From: Trueperaceae bacterium
GTDB taxonomy: Bacteria > Deinococcota > Deinococci > Deinococcales > Trueperaceae
Length of the DNA stretch: 64,000 nt
Reading direction: 5' to 3'
NCBI GenBank assembly: GCA_965213705.1
Contig: OZ243913.1
Location: forward strand, 32,001 to 96,000
A model generated the notes under the pieces. The model was not told the DNA's origin. It saw only the letters and a list, made by a program, of their open reading frames with translations, and made no database searches. Shown here in pieces: positions 37,858 to 47,197 of this stretch. The first letter of the stretch is position 1. The number at the start of each line of letters is the position of its first letter. A program made the translations under genes and the position numbers.

Positions 37858-38625
37858 CTAGCGCGCTTTGTCCGCGAAGTGCTTTTTGAGTTGCCGCAAC
37901 CACACACCATTGTCACGGCGGTAAAGTCCGGACGAGCGCTGGAAGTATTTTTGGGCTTGCCCCACCACCTCGCGCGCTTCTTCAGTTCGTCCGGCTTTCT
38001 CGAGGGCGACGGCCAGGTGATAGCGGGGCTCTTCGCTCAGACCGCGCTGCACCAGACTGCGGTACTCGGCCACGGCCTCATCCAAAAAGCCCCGGCCTTC
38101 TAAGGCTCGAGCCCGCAACAGACGCACCCGGTCGGTCTCGAAACCGGGCGAGTCTTCTAAAATTTTGTCCAGCAGGGTTTGCGCTTGTGCAAACTCGCCT
38201 CTTTGCAAGTAGGCGCTCGCCAACACCGTCAACCCCTGGGGGTCGCTGGCGAAAACGCCCTTCAGGCCGCCTTTGAGCACGTCTATCGCCTCGTCGGTGC
38301 GCTCTGCGGCCAGCAACTCTTCGGCGTAGGCTTGGCGCACGACAAGCGTGTCTTGTTCTTGAAGTTGTTCTTCTAAGGCTTGTAAGCGGCGGCCCGGCCG
38401 CAGGGTGTCGGCAACCCGCACCCCGGCCCGCTGAAAACCGCCGCCCGAAAAACCGCGGCCGGCCTGCAGCGACGGCAACATCTCGGCGAAGAAGTAAATC
38501 AAAAAGCCGAGCACCGGCACGAACACGATAAAGGCAATCCACAAAAGCTTGCCCTGCCGGTACGCGTGAACCGCCGTGACAACTTGCGCGATAAGAATGA
38601 GGATTCCGGAAACTGAAAGGGTCAT
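37858..38625 (-). CDS. Membrane-anchored tetratricopeptide-repeat protein
   Basis: N-terminal TM hairpin (VHAYRQG..WI...VPVLG..IY..AE.LP) followed by TPR-like helices. Confidence 0.78.
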   Translation of the reverse strand: MTLSVSGILILIAQVVTAVHAYRQGKLLWIAFIVFVPVLGFLIYFFAEMLPSLQAGRGFSGGGFQRAGVRVADTLRPGRRLQALEEQLQEQDTLVVRQAYAEELLAAERTDEAIDVLKGGLKGVFASDPQGLTVLASAYLQRGEFAQAQTLLDKILEDSPGFETDRVRLLRARALEGRGFLDEAVAEYRSLVQRGLSEEPRYHLAVALEKAGRTEEAREVVGQAQKYFQRSSGLYRRDNGVWLRQLKKHFADKAR

Positions 38626-38703
38626 AGTTTGGGATGCGCTTTCACAGCCAGTTTACCCGTCTGTAGCCCGAAAAGGGGTGCGGCGGCGAACGTGGCCCTA
38701 AGC

Positions 38704-39903
38704 TCAGCGGCTTTCCAGGGCCCGCCGCTGCGCTTCTTTCAACACCGTCGCCGGGTCGGCCCCGCCCTTGGTCGCGCGCTCGACGGCTTCTTGCAAGTAA
38801 CCCTGCCACACCACGTAAGCGCCGACGCGCGGACGGTAGACGGCGTGCTCGAGCTGCGCCAAGGCCGCACCGCGGTTGGGCGCGGCGGCGTACCAAGGTT
38901 GCAAAATCTCCACCACGGAACGGCTCACCGGCAACGAGTAAGACGCTTCGACCCAGCGCGCCTGAACGTCGGGCCGCATCAGAAATTCCCAAAACGCGAA
39001 CGCCCCGCGCCGCTGCTCTTCGCTGGCGCTGTTCAACACGACGAGTTGCGAACCCATCAGCGGCACGGCTTGGCTGGCCCCCGTCGGCACCGGTGTCGAA
39101 GCGACTTCGAAAGCGACCGAAAACCGTTCCCCCTGCGGAAAAAACGCCTCGCTGGCGAGCGCCATCATACCTTTGGTACGGGCGAAGTCCACAAGGGCCT
39201 GGTCGAGTTCGCCCGCACCGCGCGGAATCGAGTGCCGCTCTTTAGCCAGACGTTGCAACATCGTAAGCGCGTCAATCGCTTCCGGGCTGTCGAAGTTGGG
39301 TCGGCCGTCGTCGGTGACGACCTGGCCGCCCCGCGTCGTCACCAAAGTTTCGAAGATAAAGGCTATCGCCACGTCGATGTAGCCTTTGGTGTTGCGGGTG
39401 GTCAGGCGCGCGGCCGCCGCCTCGAAGTCCGCCCAAGTGGTGGGCGGTGTGAGGTTGAACTGCTTGAACACGCTCGCGTTGTAAAACAGCACGGGCATCG
39501 ACATGCTCCAGGGCAAGCCGTAGCGCTCGCCGTCCAAGACGCCGTAACCCCACAGCGCTGGGTAAAAGTCGTTTGTCAGCGTTTCGGGCAGGGCGGCGCT
39601 CAAGTCGCTCAAGTCGGCCAGACTGCCCTCTTCAGCCAGACGCGGAAACACCGTGACCTCGGCGTCGAACAGCACCGGCACGTTGCCGCCGCCAAGCGCC
39701 GCCGCGAGTTTCAGCGCCGACTCCTGGTAACTGCCGGTATATTCCGGCACAATCCGGTACTCGCCCTGCGCGGCGTTGAACTCGTCGGCGAGGGTCTGGA
39801 GAAGCGTTTCAGACGTGTCTTGAGAGTGCCAAAAAGGAACGACGGTTTGGGCGCTCGCTAAACTCAGGCACAGCGCCGCGAGAAAAGCTACGAAAGGTTT
39901 CAT
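38704..39903 (-). CDS. ABC transporter substrate-binding protein (CUT1/UgpB-like)
   Basis: Signal peptide, FWHS, YGLPWSMSMPVLFYN and PPTTW. ATG 39903 lies 6 nt after TACACT. Confidence 0.88.
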   Translation of the reverse strand: MKPFVAFLAALCLSLASAQTVVPFWHSQDTSETLLQTLADEFNAAQGEYRIVPEYTGSYQESALKLAAALGGGNVPVLFDAEVTVFPRLAEEGSLADLSDLSAALPETLTNDFYPALWGYGVLDGERYGLPWSMSMPVLFYNASVFKQFNLTPPTTWADFEAAAARLTTRNTKGYIDVAIAFIFETLVTTRGGQVVTDDGRPNFDSPEAIDALTMLQRLAKERHSIPRGAGELDQALVDFARTKGMMALASEAFFPQGERFSVAFEVASTPVPTGASQAVPLMGSQLVVLNSASEEQRRGAFAFWEFLMRPDVQARWVEASYSLPVSRSVVEILQPWYAAAPNRGAALAQLEHAVYRPRVGAYVVWQGYLQEAVERATKGGADPATVLKEAQRRALESR

Positions 39904-40069
39904 GGTATCAGTGTAGCGAACCCCAAGGGGTGTGTTTGGGTCTTTCAACGCTTTGCCGAGGTTGGGGTGAGGATGTCGGGCTCGTGCAAGCCGCTTAGCG
40001 AAGTTGGTTTTAGTATGCAAAAAACATTTCGACAAGATTGAGGTGAGAGAGCCGTTTCTGCCTTTGATA

Positions 40070-40098
40070 AAGGTTTCAGTGAACGTCACTGAAACCTT
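40070..40098. terminator. Perfect 13-bp hairpin downstream of the lipoprotein gene
   Basis: AAGGTTTCAGTGA-ACG-TCACTGAAACCTT. Confidence 0.6.
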
Positions 40099-40131
40099 AT
40101 TGTAATATCTCCGGCCTAAGGTTCCTGGCCC

Positions 40132-40755
40132 TCAGTCGGACCAATCGAAGTCGTCGAAAAGTGGAGCCTCGGAAAAGCACAGATACCCGTACACGCTCGG
40201 ACCTCCCTCTGAACCTTCTTCGAACGTGCAATAGCGCGTGGGGACGCCGTTGGCGTAGACGACGCCCACGGCGCGGCTGAAGTCGGTTGTCAGTTCAATA
40301 CTGCGACCACCGGCGCTCGTGTAGGTTTGCAAGACGCCGTCCTGTGTGTTATTCACCAGGGCATCGGCGAGGATGAGGTGGCTCAACAGAAATTCGCGCA
40401 GTTTGGGATGTTTTAAGAACGCCTCTTCGCTCAGCCCTTGCGCGGCGATGTACTTTCTTAAAGCTGCGTCACCTACCCTGAAAACGGTTTCCGACGAACC
40501 ACAGGCCGAGTCTGCGCCAAAAGAGATGTTCCCCTCGTTAACAAAATAAAACGAGAGCGGGAAATGGTCGTCTGAAAGTTGCTCGATGACGCCCGAGGCA
40601 ATGACGGCTCGAGCGCTCAGGTCACCGACGGCAGCCAAGCGTTCGATGAGAGTAGTCAACCGAAACTGCTCTACCTCACATCCGTTGTCGGTGGCTTTAG
40701 CCGCGCAACCCGCCATCAGGAAAACGAGCACGATGCCGAGCAAAACGTTTCTCAT
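40132..40755 (-). CDS. Lipoprotein with weak fasciclin (FAS1)-like features
   Basis: GGAGG RBS, lipobox LMAGC, and LREFLLSHLI..YANG resembling FAS1 motifs. Confidence 0.55.
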   Translation of the reverse strand: MRNVLLGIVLVFLMAGCAAKATDNGCEVEQFRLTTLIERLAAVGDLSARAVIASGVIEQLSDDHFPLSFYFVNEGNISFGADSACGSSETVFRVGDAALRKYIAAQGLSEEAFLKHPKLREFLLSHLILADALVNNTQDGVLQTYTSAGGRSIELTTDFSRAVGVVYANGVPTRYCTFEEGSEGGPSVYGYLCFSEAPLFDDFDWSD

Positions 40756-40841
40756 CCGAACACCTCCGTCAGCATCAATAGTAGGTGTTGACGGCAGCAA
40801 TAGCAAGGCCGCTCGTTCGTCTTTTATTCTGGCTCGAGCCT

Positions 40842-41618
40842 TTACTTGAAGCTCGCCTCGAAAACTTTAACGATGCGCTCTTCAAACACCACGTAAAGAA
40901 TGACGATGGGCAGGGTCGTGACGAACGCTGCCGCGCCCAACAAACCCCAGTCGAGAGGGCGGCTTTTCAAGAGGTCGTTGAGAAAAACCTGCACCGTCCA
41001 CAGCTCTCTTTGCCCCGCCATCACCTTCGGGAACAGCACGAGGTTCCAGTGCGCGGCGAAACCCAAAATCCCGGCGGCGGCCAGTTCGGGCCGCAGCAGC
41101 GGCGCGACGACCCTGAAGAGCGTCGCGGTTTGCCCCGCCCCGTCCAGACTCGCCGCCTCGACGAGTTCCCAAGGGACGCGCTTTAGAGACTGGAACAGCA
41201 AAAAGATGACGAACGGGCTCGCCAGAAAGGGCACCACGAGCGCCCAAAAGGTGTTGAGCAGCCCGAACACCTGCAACTCCCGGTAGAGCGGCACCAGCAG
41301 CAACTCGGCCGGCAGCGCGAGGACGAGCAGAATGAGCGGTAAGATTCTAAGCCCGCTGCGCATTGCGTAAGCCGCCGCCAGCCCGATGAGAAGTTGCCCC
41401 GCCACCGTCAAGCCGCTCGCCAACAGCGATACAAGAAGCGCGCGCCACAGCCCGGTCCCGCTCAGCGCCGCAAAGTTCGCCAAACTCAAACCCGACGGCA
41501 CGAGGCGCGCGTTCAGCACCGCCTCGGGCGGCAAAAACGCCGAGTACAGCAGCCACAAAATCGGCAACGCGGCGAAGATGCAGAACACGAAAGTGACGAG
41601 GCGCTGGAAAGTTTTCAT
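40842..41618 (-). CDS. Carbohydrate ABC transporter permease
   Basis: EAA loop PWELVEAASLDGAG, six-TM pattern and WN..LFP. Confidence 0.92.
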   Translation of the reverse strand: MKTFQRLVTFVFCIFAALPILWLLYSAFLPPEAVLNARLVPSGLSLANFAALSGTGLWRALLVSLLASGLTVAGQLLIGLAAAYAMRSGLRILPLILLVLALPAELLLVPLYRELQVFGLLNTFWALVVPFLASPFVIFLLFQSLKRVPWELVEAASLDGAGQTATLFRVVAPLLRPELAAAGILGFAAHWNLVLFPKVMAGQRELWTVQVFLNDLLKSRPLDWGLLGAAAFVTTLPIVILYVVFEERIVKVFEASFK

Positions 41619-41721
41619 GCTTTTACGCCGGGTGAGGGAGGTGGGAAGTTGGAGAGGTAGGAAGACGGAGGGTAAGAGCTTTTGATTTTACTTTCAACTC
41701 GGTACTCGGCACTCGGTACTC

Positions 41722-42546
41722 TCATCCCTGCCGCCTCGAGACCGCCAACGCTACCCCCGACGTGACGACGAGCAGCAGCAAGGTCAGCGCCGCCGCGTAG
41801 CCGAACTGCAGGCGTTCGAAAGCGGTTTCGTAGAGGTAATAGCCGACGACGCGGGTACTCCCGTAGGGCCCGCCGCGCGTGAGCAAAAAGACCGCCGTGT
41901 ACGACTGCACCGCCGCGACCGTGCCGATGACGCTCAGAAAAACGAAGGTAGGGCGCAGCAGCGGCGACACGACGAAGCGCTGGACTTGGCTTTCGGTCGC
42001 GCCGTCGACCCGCGCCGCCTCTTTGACTTCGGCCGGGATGCCGCGCAGCGCCGCCGAGACGACCAACACGCCGTAGCCCACGTACTGCCAGAGCGTAAAC
42101 AGCACAACGAACACAAGAGCCGCCCACGGCTCGAAGTCCCAGGGAAGGGACAAGCCGGTCAGCTCTTTGACGAGCCCGTAACTCGGCTCGTAGAGCAGGT
42201 TCCAAGCGATGACCGAACCCGCGACGGTCATGAGTCCGGGCAAAAACAGCAGCGCCTTGACGAAGCGCTCCACGCGCGTGCCCGCGATACCCAGCGCGAT
42301 GACGCGCGACAACCACAAAAAACTGGGCAACAGCAGCGCGGCGAAAAAAAACGTCGTGCGGAGCGAGCGCCACAGGTCGGCGTCGCGCCACAGACGTGCA
42401 AAGTTAGCCAGGCCGACCGGTTGCGGGGCCGACAAGCCCGACCACTCCCAAGCGGAAAAACGGACCACGCTGACCAGCGGGAAAAGCGCGAACACCGCCA
42501 TCAGCAACAGGGCGGGCAGGGCGAAAAGCCGGGCGCGTTTGGACAT
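41722..42546 (-). CDS. Carbohydrate ABC transporter permease
   Basis: VGLANF, IPAEVKEAARVDGA, LTRGGP and FGYAAA. Confidence 0.92.
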   Translation of the reverse strand: MSKRARLFALPALLLMAVFALFPLVSVVRFSAWEWSGLSAPQPVGLANFARLWRDADLWRSLRTTFFFAALLLPSFLWLSRVIALGIAGTRVERFVKALLFLPGLMTVAGSVIAWNLLYEPSYGLVKELTGLSLPWDFEPWAALVFVVLFTLWQYVGYGVLVVSAALRGIPAEVKEAARVDGATESQVQRFVVSPLLRPTFVFLSVIGTVAAVQSYTAVFLLTRGGPYGSTRVVGYYLYETAFERLQFGYAAALTLLLLVVTSGVALAVSRRQG

Positions 42547-42662
42547 CAGGATTTAGACATCAGGTAGGGGTCGGACACGGGTCAACTCGGGCATGGGTCA
42601 GTGAAAACGGCGCGGTGACTGTGGGGGCCGCCGCGAAGGCGTGCGCCCTGAAAGGGTGAGCA

Positions 42663-43217
42663 TCAAAAAAGGTAGCGCACGCCTAAACTCAGGGGCAGGA
42701 GGTCGCTCGAGGCCAGCTCTACGGCCAGGGTGTCGAAGTAGTAGCGCACCTGCAGCGCCCAGGCGAGCGAAAAACTGCGGGGCGCGTAACCCAGCCCCAG
42801 GTAGGCTGACACCGTCATCGGCAGGTTGGCGACGAACAGCAGGTCGCTCCCCAACACCGGGCCGAGGTGAAAGTTCGCGCCCCGGCTGTCCACGCCGACG
42901 TCCGCGCCGAAACCCAGCGCCAGCGGCGGCGTGGTGCCGAACGCCGGAAAAACGAGGGCGGTGCCGCTCAACCGGGTTCCGAACCCGCCGTTCAAGTCGG
43001 CGTAAAGAGCGGCGTCAAGACTCGTGTCCAAGTAGGGTACGGGCAACGCCACCTCGCCACCCACCTGAACGGCGAGCGTGCTCGTGTAGCCCACGCTGAA
43101 ATAAACCGCGTTCTCCGGAAAGGTCGAGGGTGCGGCCATCCCGAAACTCGAGCCGAGCAACAGACCGACGAGGAAACTGCGCCATAAAAGACCATGCCAA
43201 AAAAGAGCACGCCACAT
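42663..43217 (-). CDS. Hypothetical exported protein, possible small outer-membrane beta-barrel
   Basis: Signal peptide, alternating beta-strand pattern and C-terminal GVRYLF. Confidence 0.55.
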   Translation of the reverse strand: MWRALFWHGLLWRSFLVGLLLGSSFGMAAPSTFPENAVYFSVGYTSTLAVQVGGEVALPVPYLDTSLDAALYADLNGGFGTRLSGTALVFPAFGTTPPLALGFGADVGVDSRGANFHLGPVLGSDLLFVANLPMTVSAYLGLGYAPRSFSLAWALQVRYYFDTLAVELASSDLLPLSLGVRYLF

Positions 43218-43550
43218 GCGTGCGAATGTAGCACGGAACCACCGGGCAAAGGGTAAAGTCTCCTAAAGTTCGCGTTTGGCCGCCTCGAGCCGAGAGCGAG
43301 GCCGCCCGTAAACCTCGTCAAAAGCGGGCGTCCAGACTTCGCACAAAGTAGAGTCGCACGAGTAGAGTCGCGCGAGTAGTGCAGCCCGGGTTCGGCCCCG
43401 TGCCGGTCAACGGCCGCCGAACCCGGGCCGCTCCAGTCATTCCGACCGAATTCAACATTGCGACCCAACCGTACCGGCCCGCTCGGCTCTTCTGCTCGGC
43501 TCTTCTGCGCGACACGTTCGGCCCAGACCAAAACAGCTAGACTTGAAACC

Positions 43551-46121
43551 ATGCTCCTGCGCCTCGCCTTTCGCAACCTGCTGCGCCACCCGTGGCGCAC
43601 GGCCGCGACGGTTACGGGTATCGCGCTCGGCATCGCCGTGATTTTAGCGACTTTGTCGGTCGGCGACAACGTGCGGGCCAACCTGAGAAGCGCGCTTCAA
43701 GCGGCGACGGGTCCGGCCGACCTCGTCGTGTCGCCGGGCGTGGCGGGCCGCGCCGTGTTGGAGGTCGCGGCCGCCGAAAGAGCCGTGACCGAGGCTGGCG
43801 GCGTGATGTACGTCACGCCGGTGCTGGAGTACCGCGCCGAGCCCGTGCGAGCCGTGACCGCGCGCCGCGACTCGGTGGTGCCGGGGGTGGGCTCGGGCTT
43901 TCAGCTCACCGGGCGCGACACGAGCGCGCCCCAACGGGTGCCGGCCAAGCTGCGCGCGGGGACGCTGCCCGAGAGCGGCTCCGGCGGCGTCGCCGTCGGC
44001 GCGGACTTCGCCGCGCAGCGGGGCTTCGAGCTGGGCAGCAGCGTCGAGTTCATCACCCGGTTCGGGCTCGTCTCACTCACGGTCACGGGGCTGCTCGAGA
44101 ACAACAGCGGCCTCGGCAGCACCAACGCCGGGCGGGTCGGTTTGGTCGCGCTGGACGACTTGCAAAAAGCGCTGCGCTTGAGTGGTCGAGCTTCTTTTTT
44201 AGAGGTCGCTGTGGTGGACGGCGCGAGCGTCCCGGAGGTGCAAACCGCCCTCGAAGCTGTCCTGGGCGAAAGCTACACGGTTACGCCGCCCGCCGGGACG
44301 GGCGACTTCAGCGCGGGCGTGGTCGACACCTTGCAGGCTGGGTTGCAGGTGCTCGCCGCGACGCTGATGGCTTTGGCGGGTTTTATGGCCTACAACACCT
44401 TCGCCGCGGCGAGCGTCGAACGGCGGCGCGAGTACGCGCTGCTCCGCACCGTGGCCCTGACCCGCGCGCAGGTGCAGCGCCTGGCGCTGTTGGAGGCGGG
44501 GCTGCTGAGCGTGGCCGGCATCGTGGCGGGCGTGGTGTTCGGTTTAGCGCTGTCGTACCTCATCACTTGGGTCAACGCGGGGCTGCTCGGCTACACCTTT
44601 CGCACGCTCGTGGTGCCGCTCAGGACGCTGCTGCTGGCGAGTGGGGTGGGCGCCGCGGTGTCGCTGGCGGCGGGATACTTGCCGGCTCGAGCGGCCTCGC
44701 AAACCCCGCCCATCGTCGCCGCGCGCAACGCGCAAGAGGCGCGGCCCCTCGAGCGGCCCCTGCTGGGAGCCGTTCTGCTCGGTGTCGGCGTGGTGAGCGC
44801 GCTCAGCCCGTGGCGCGGGGTTTTGGCCTTGCTCGGCAGCGCGCTGTCGATGGGGTTGGTGTTTTTGGGCGTGGTGTTTTTGGCGCCCGTGTTGCTGCGG
44901 CCTACAGTCGCCGCGCTGCGGCCCCTCCTGCGGCGCTTCGGGGTGCAGGGCAAGCTCGGCGCGGACTTCACCTTACGCAACGCGGCCCGCAACGGCGTCG
45001 CCATCGGCGCGGTCGTCGTCGGGGTCACGCTGACGGTCGGCGTCGGCGGCATGGTCGCGGGCATCAACAAGGCGATTGCCGACTGGGTGGCGACGACGGT
45101 CGTCGGCGACCTGTTCGTGACCGCGCCGCCGGGCTTTCCGCAAGGTTTCGGAGCTGAAGTGCTGCGCAAGGTGCCCGGTATCAGTGAGACGAGCGGCGTC
45201 GGGGTGCGCGTGGTGCGGTTTCAGCCGCAAGCTGCAGACGGTCAAACCGGGGAAGAAATGCGGGGCCGCAGCGTCGCCCTCGTCCTCGTCGACCCGGAAC
45301 GCTTCGACCCGACAACGGGCTTCGGCAGTTTTCAGTACCTCTCGGGTCAGGGCGACGCGGCGGCTGGTTACCAAACCCTAAAGGCGGGCGGCGTGCTCGC
45401 GGCCAACACCCTACGCGAACGCTTCGGCGTGGGCGCGGGCGACCGCGTGAGCCTGCGCACGAGCGAAGGCTTTCGCGACTTCGCGGTCGGCGGCGTCGTG
45501 GTGGACTTTACCGGCGGCGGCGAAGCCTTCATCGGCAGCTTGAACGACGTAGGGCGCTTCGGCGGCGGCACGCCCGACCTGTTCGTCATGAATTTAGAGC
45601 AAGGCAGCGACCCGGCCGAGGTGCGGGACGCGCTCCTGGCAACTTTCCCCGACCTTTATTTGGACGTGAGCTTAAACCAAGACTACCGCGAGCGGATTTT
45701 GAGCCTGACGAGCCAGACCTTTTACACCACCAACGCGCTTCTGGCATTGGCGGTGTTCATCGCCGCGTTGGGCGTCGCCAACACGCTCGGGATGAACCTG
45801 AGCGACCGGCAACGCGACATCGCAACCCTGCGCACCCTCGGGCTGACGCGGCGCGGGGTGCGCACGGTCATCGCGCTCGAGGGCGGTATTTTGGTGGTGT
45901 TGGGGACGCTGCTGGGCGTCGGCAGCGGCGCGCTGCTGTCGCGCGTCATCACCGCCGGAGCCAACGCGCTGACCGGTTTCGTGGTGACGCCGAGCTTTCC
46001 CTGGCCCCTGGTCTTGCTCGCGCTGGTCGCCTCGCCACTGGTCGGGTTGGTCGCCTCGCTGCTGCCCGCGCGCCGCGCCAGCAAACTTTCGCCCGTTGTG
46101 GCGCTGGGCGGCGCGGAATGA
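43551..46121 (+). CDS. MacB/FtsX-family ABC transporter permease (duplicated)
   Basis: RNLLRHPWRT..T..GIALG, ERRREYALLR, DRQRDIATLRTLG and LPARRA. ATG lies 7 nt after TAGACT. Confidence 0.9.
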   Translation: MLLRLAFRNLLRHPWRTAATVTGIALGIAVILATLSVGDNVRANLRSALQAATGPADLVVSPGVAGRAVLEVAAAERAVTEAGGVMYVTPVLEYRAEPVRAVTARRDSVVPGVGSGFQLTGRDTSAPQRVPAKLRAGTLPESGSGGVAVGADFAAQRGFELGSSVEFITRFGLVSLTVTGLLENNSGLGSTNAGRVGLVALDDLQKALRLSGRASFLEVAVVDGASVPEVQTALEAVLGESYTVTPPAGTGDFSAGVVDTLQAGLQVLAATLMALAGFMAYNTFAAASVERRREYALLRTVALTRAQVQRLALLEAGLLSVAGIVAGVVFGLALSYLITWVNAGLLGYTFRTLVVPLRTLLLASGVGAAVSLAAGYLPARAASQTPPIVAARNAQEARPLERPLLGAVLLGVGVVSALSPWRGVLALLGSALSMGLVFLGVVFLAPVLLRPTVAALRPLLRRFGVQGKLGADFTLRNAARNGVAIGAVVVGVTLTVGVGGMVAGINKAIADWVATTVVGDLFVTAPPGFPQGFGAEVLRKVPGISETSGVGVRVVRFQPQAADGQTGEEMRGRSVALVLVDPERFDPTTGFGSFQYLSGQGDAAAGYQTLKAGGVLAANTLRERFGVGAGDRVSLRTSEGFRDFAVGGVVVDFTGGGEAFIGSLNDVGRFGGGTPDLFVMNLEQGSDPAEVRDALLATFPDLYLDVSLNQDYRERILSLTSQTFYTTNALLALAVFIAALGVANTLGMNLSDRQRDIATLRTLGLTRRGVRTVIALEGGILVVLGTLLGVGSGALLSRVITAGANALTGFVVTPSFPWPLVLLALVASPLVGLVASLLPARRASKLSPVVALGGAE

Positions 46122-46131
46122 CGGCAGAATA

Positions 46132-46944
46132 ATGAAGGTGAACACCGCAAAGAACATGAAAAATGAGGTCGTCCTGCGGACCGAACGCGTCTCGCGAACC
46201 TACCCGATGGGCGACGAAACGGTTCACGCCCTCATCGACGTCACTTTTGAAGTGCGCCGCGGCGAGTTCGTGGCGGTGATGGGGCCGAGCGGCAGCGGCA
46301 AGAGCACCTTGCTCCACCTTCTGGGCCTCGTTGACCGGCCCGACGCGGGCGACGTGTTCGTCGAGGGACGCAGTACCAAGTCGCTCGACGACGACCAAGC
46401 AACGCTGTTGCGGCGCGACCGCTTGGGCTTCGTGTTTCAAAGTTTCGAACTCCTCCCGAGCTTGAACGCTCGCGAAAACATCCTCTTGCCCGCCGACATC
46501 GCCGGGCGGCGGCGGGCGGCTGAAACGCGCCTCGAGCCTCTAGCCCGGCAGCTCGGCCTACAGGAACGCTTAACGCACCGCCCCAGCGAACTCTCCGGCG
46601 GGCAGCGGCAGCGCGTGGCGCTGGCGCGCGCCCTCATCAACGAGCCCGCGGTGATTTTGGCCGACGAACCCACCGGCAATTTAGACACGCGCACCGGCGA
46701 CGAGGTGCTGGCGCTGCTGCGCGCGGGCGTCGATACGCACGGCTGGACGGTCGTCCTCGTCACCCACGACCGCCACGCCGCAGGCTACGCCGACCGCGTC
46801 GTCACGCTGCAAGATGGCCGGGTGGTGAGCGACGAACTGGTAAATGACGAAGCAGTGAGCGATGAAACGGTGAACGACGAAACGGTCGAGGACGAGCCTG
46901 CCGCCGGCCGCGCGGGCTCTCGTCAAGAAGCTCGAGCTTCTTGA
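46132..46944 (+). CDS. ABC transporter ATP-binding protein (LolD/MacB-like)
   Basis: [27 protein letters not shown] and VTHD. Confidence 0.93.
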   Translation: MKVNTAKNMKNEVVLRTERVSRTYPMGDETVHALIDVTFEVRRGEFVAVMGPSGSGKSTLLHLLGLVDRPDAGDVFVEGRSTKSLDDDQATLLRRDRLGFVFQSFELLPSLNARENILLPADIAGRRRAAETRLEPLARQLGLQERLTHRPSELSGGQRQRVALARALINEPAVILADEPTGNLDTRTGDEVLALLRAGVDTHGWTVVLVTHDRHAAGYADRVVTLQDGRVVSDELVNDEAVSDETVNDETVEDEPAAGRAGSRQEARAS

Positions 46945-47197
46945 CGGTGGGAAGTCTACTTTCACGCCGTCCCGGCGGTCCGGTGAGGGTTCTCGCGCAA
47001 AAAGCTCTTTTGCAAGTCGTGATGTGCTTTTTGCCACGGCCCGACCCCTTCATCAACGCGCCCACTTTCTCATGTGGTGGCGCTATACTTGAGCAGTTTG
47101 CGAGCCGCCAGGGTTTCAGGGCCGCGGGAAGCTGGACGGACCGCTCGCGGCTTCTTCGCCTTCAATCCAGGCTCGCCCTACTTCGCTACGGAGCTAG

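Noticed and set aside
46945..47197. Riboswitch in the mmpL leader
   Set aside because: A -10 box and a GC hairpin are present, but I recognise no aptamer consensus.
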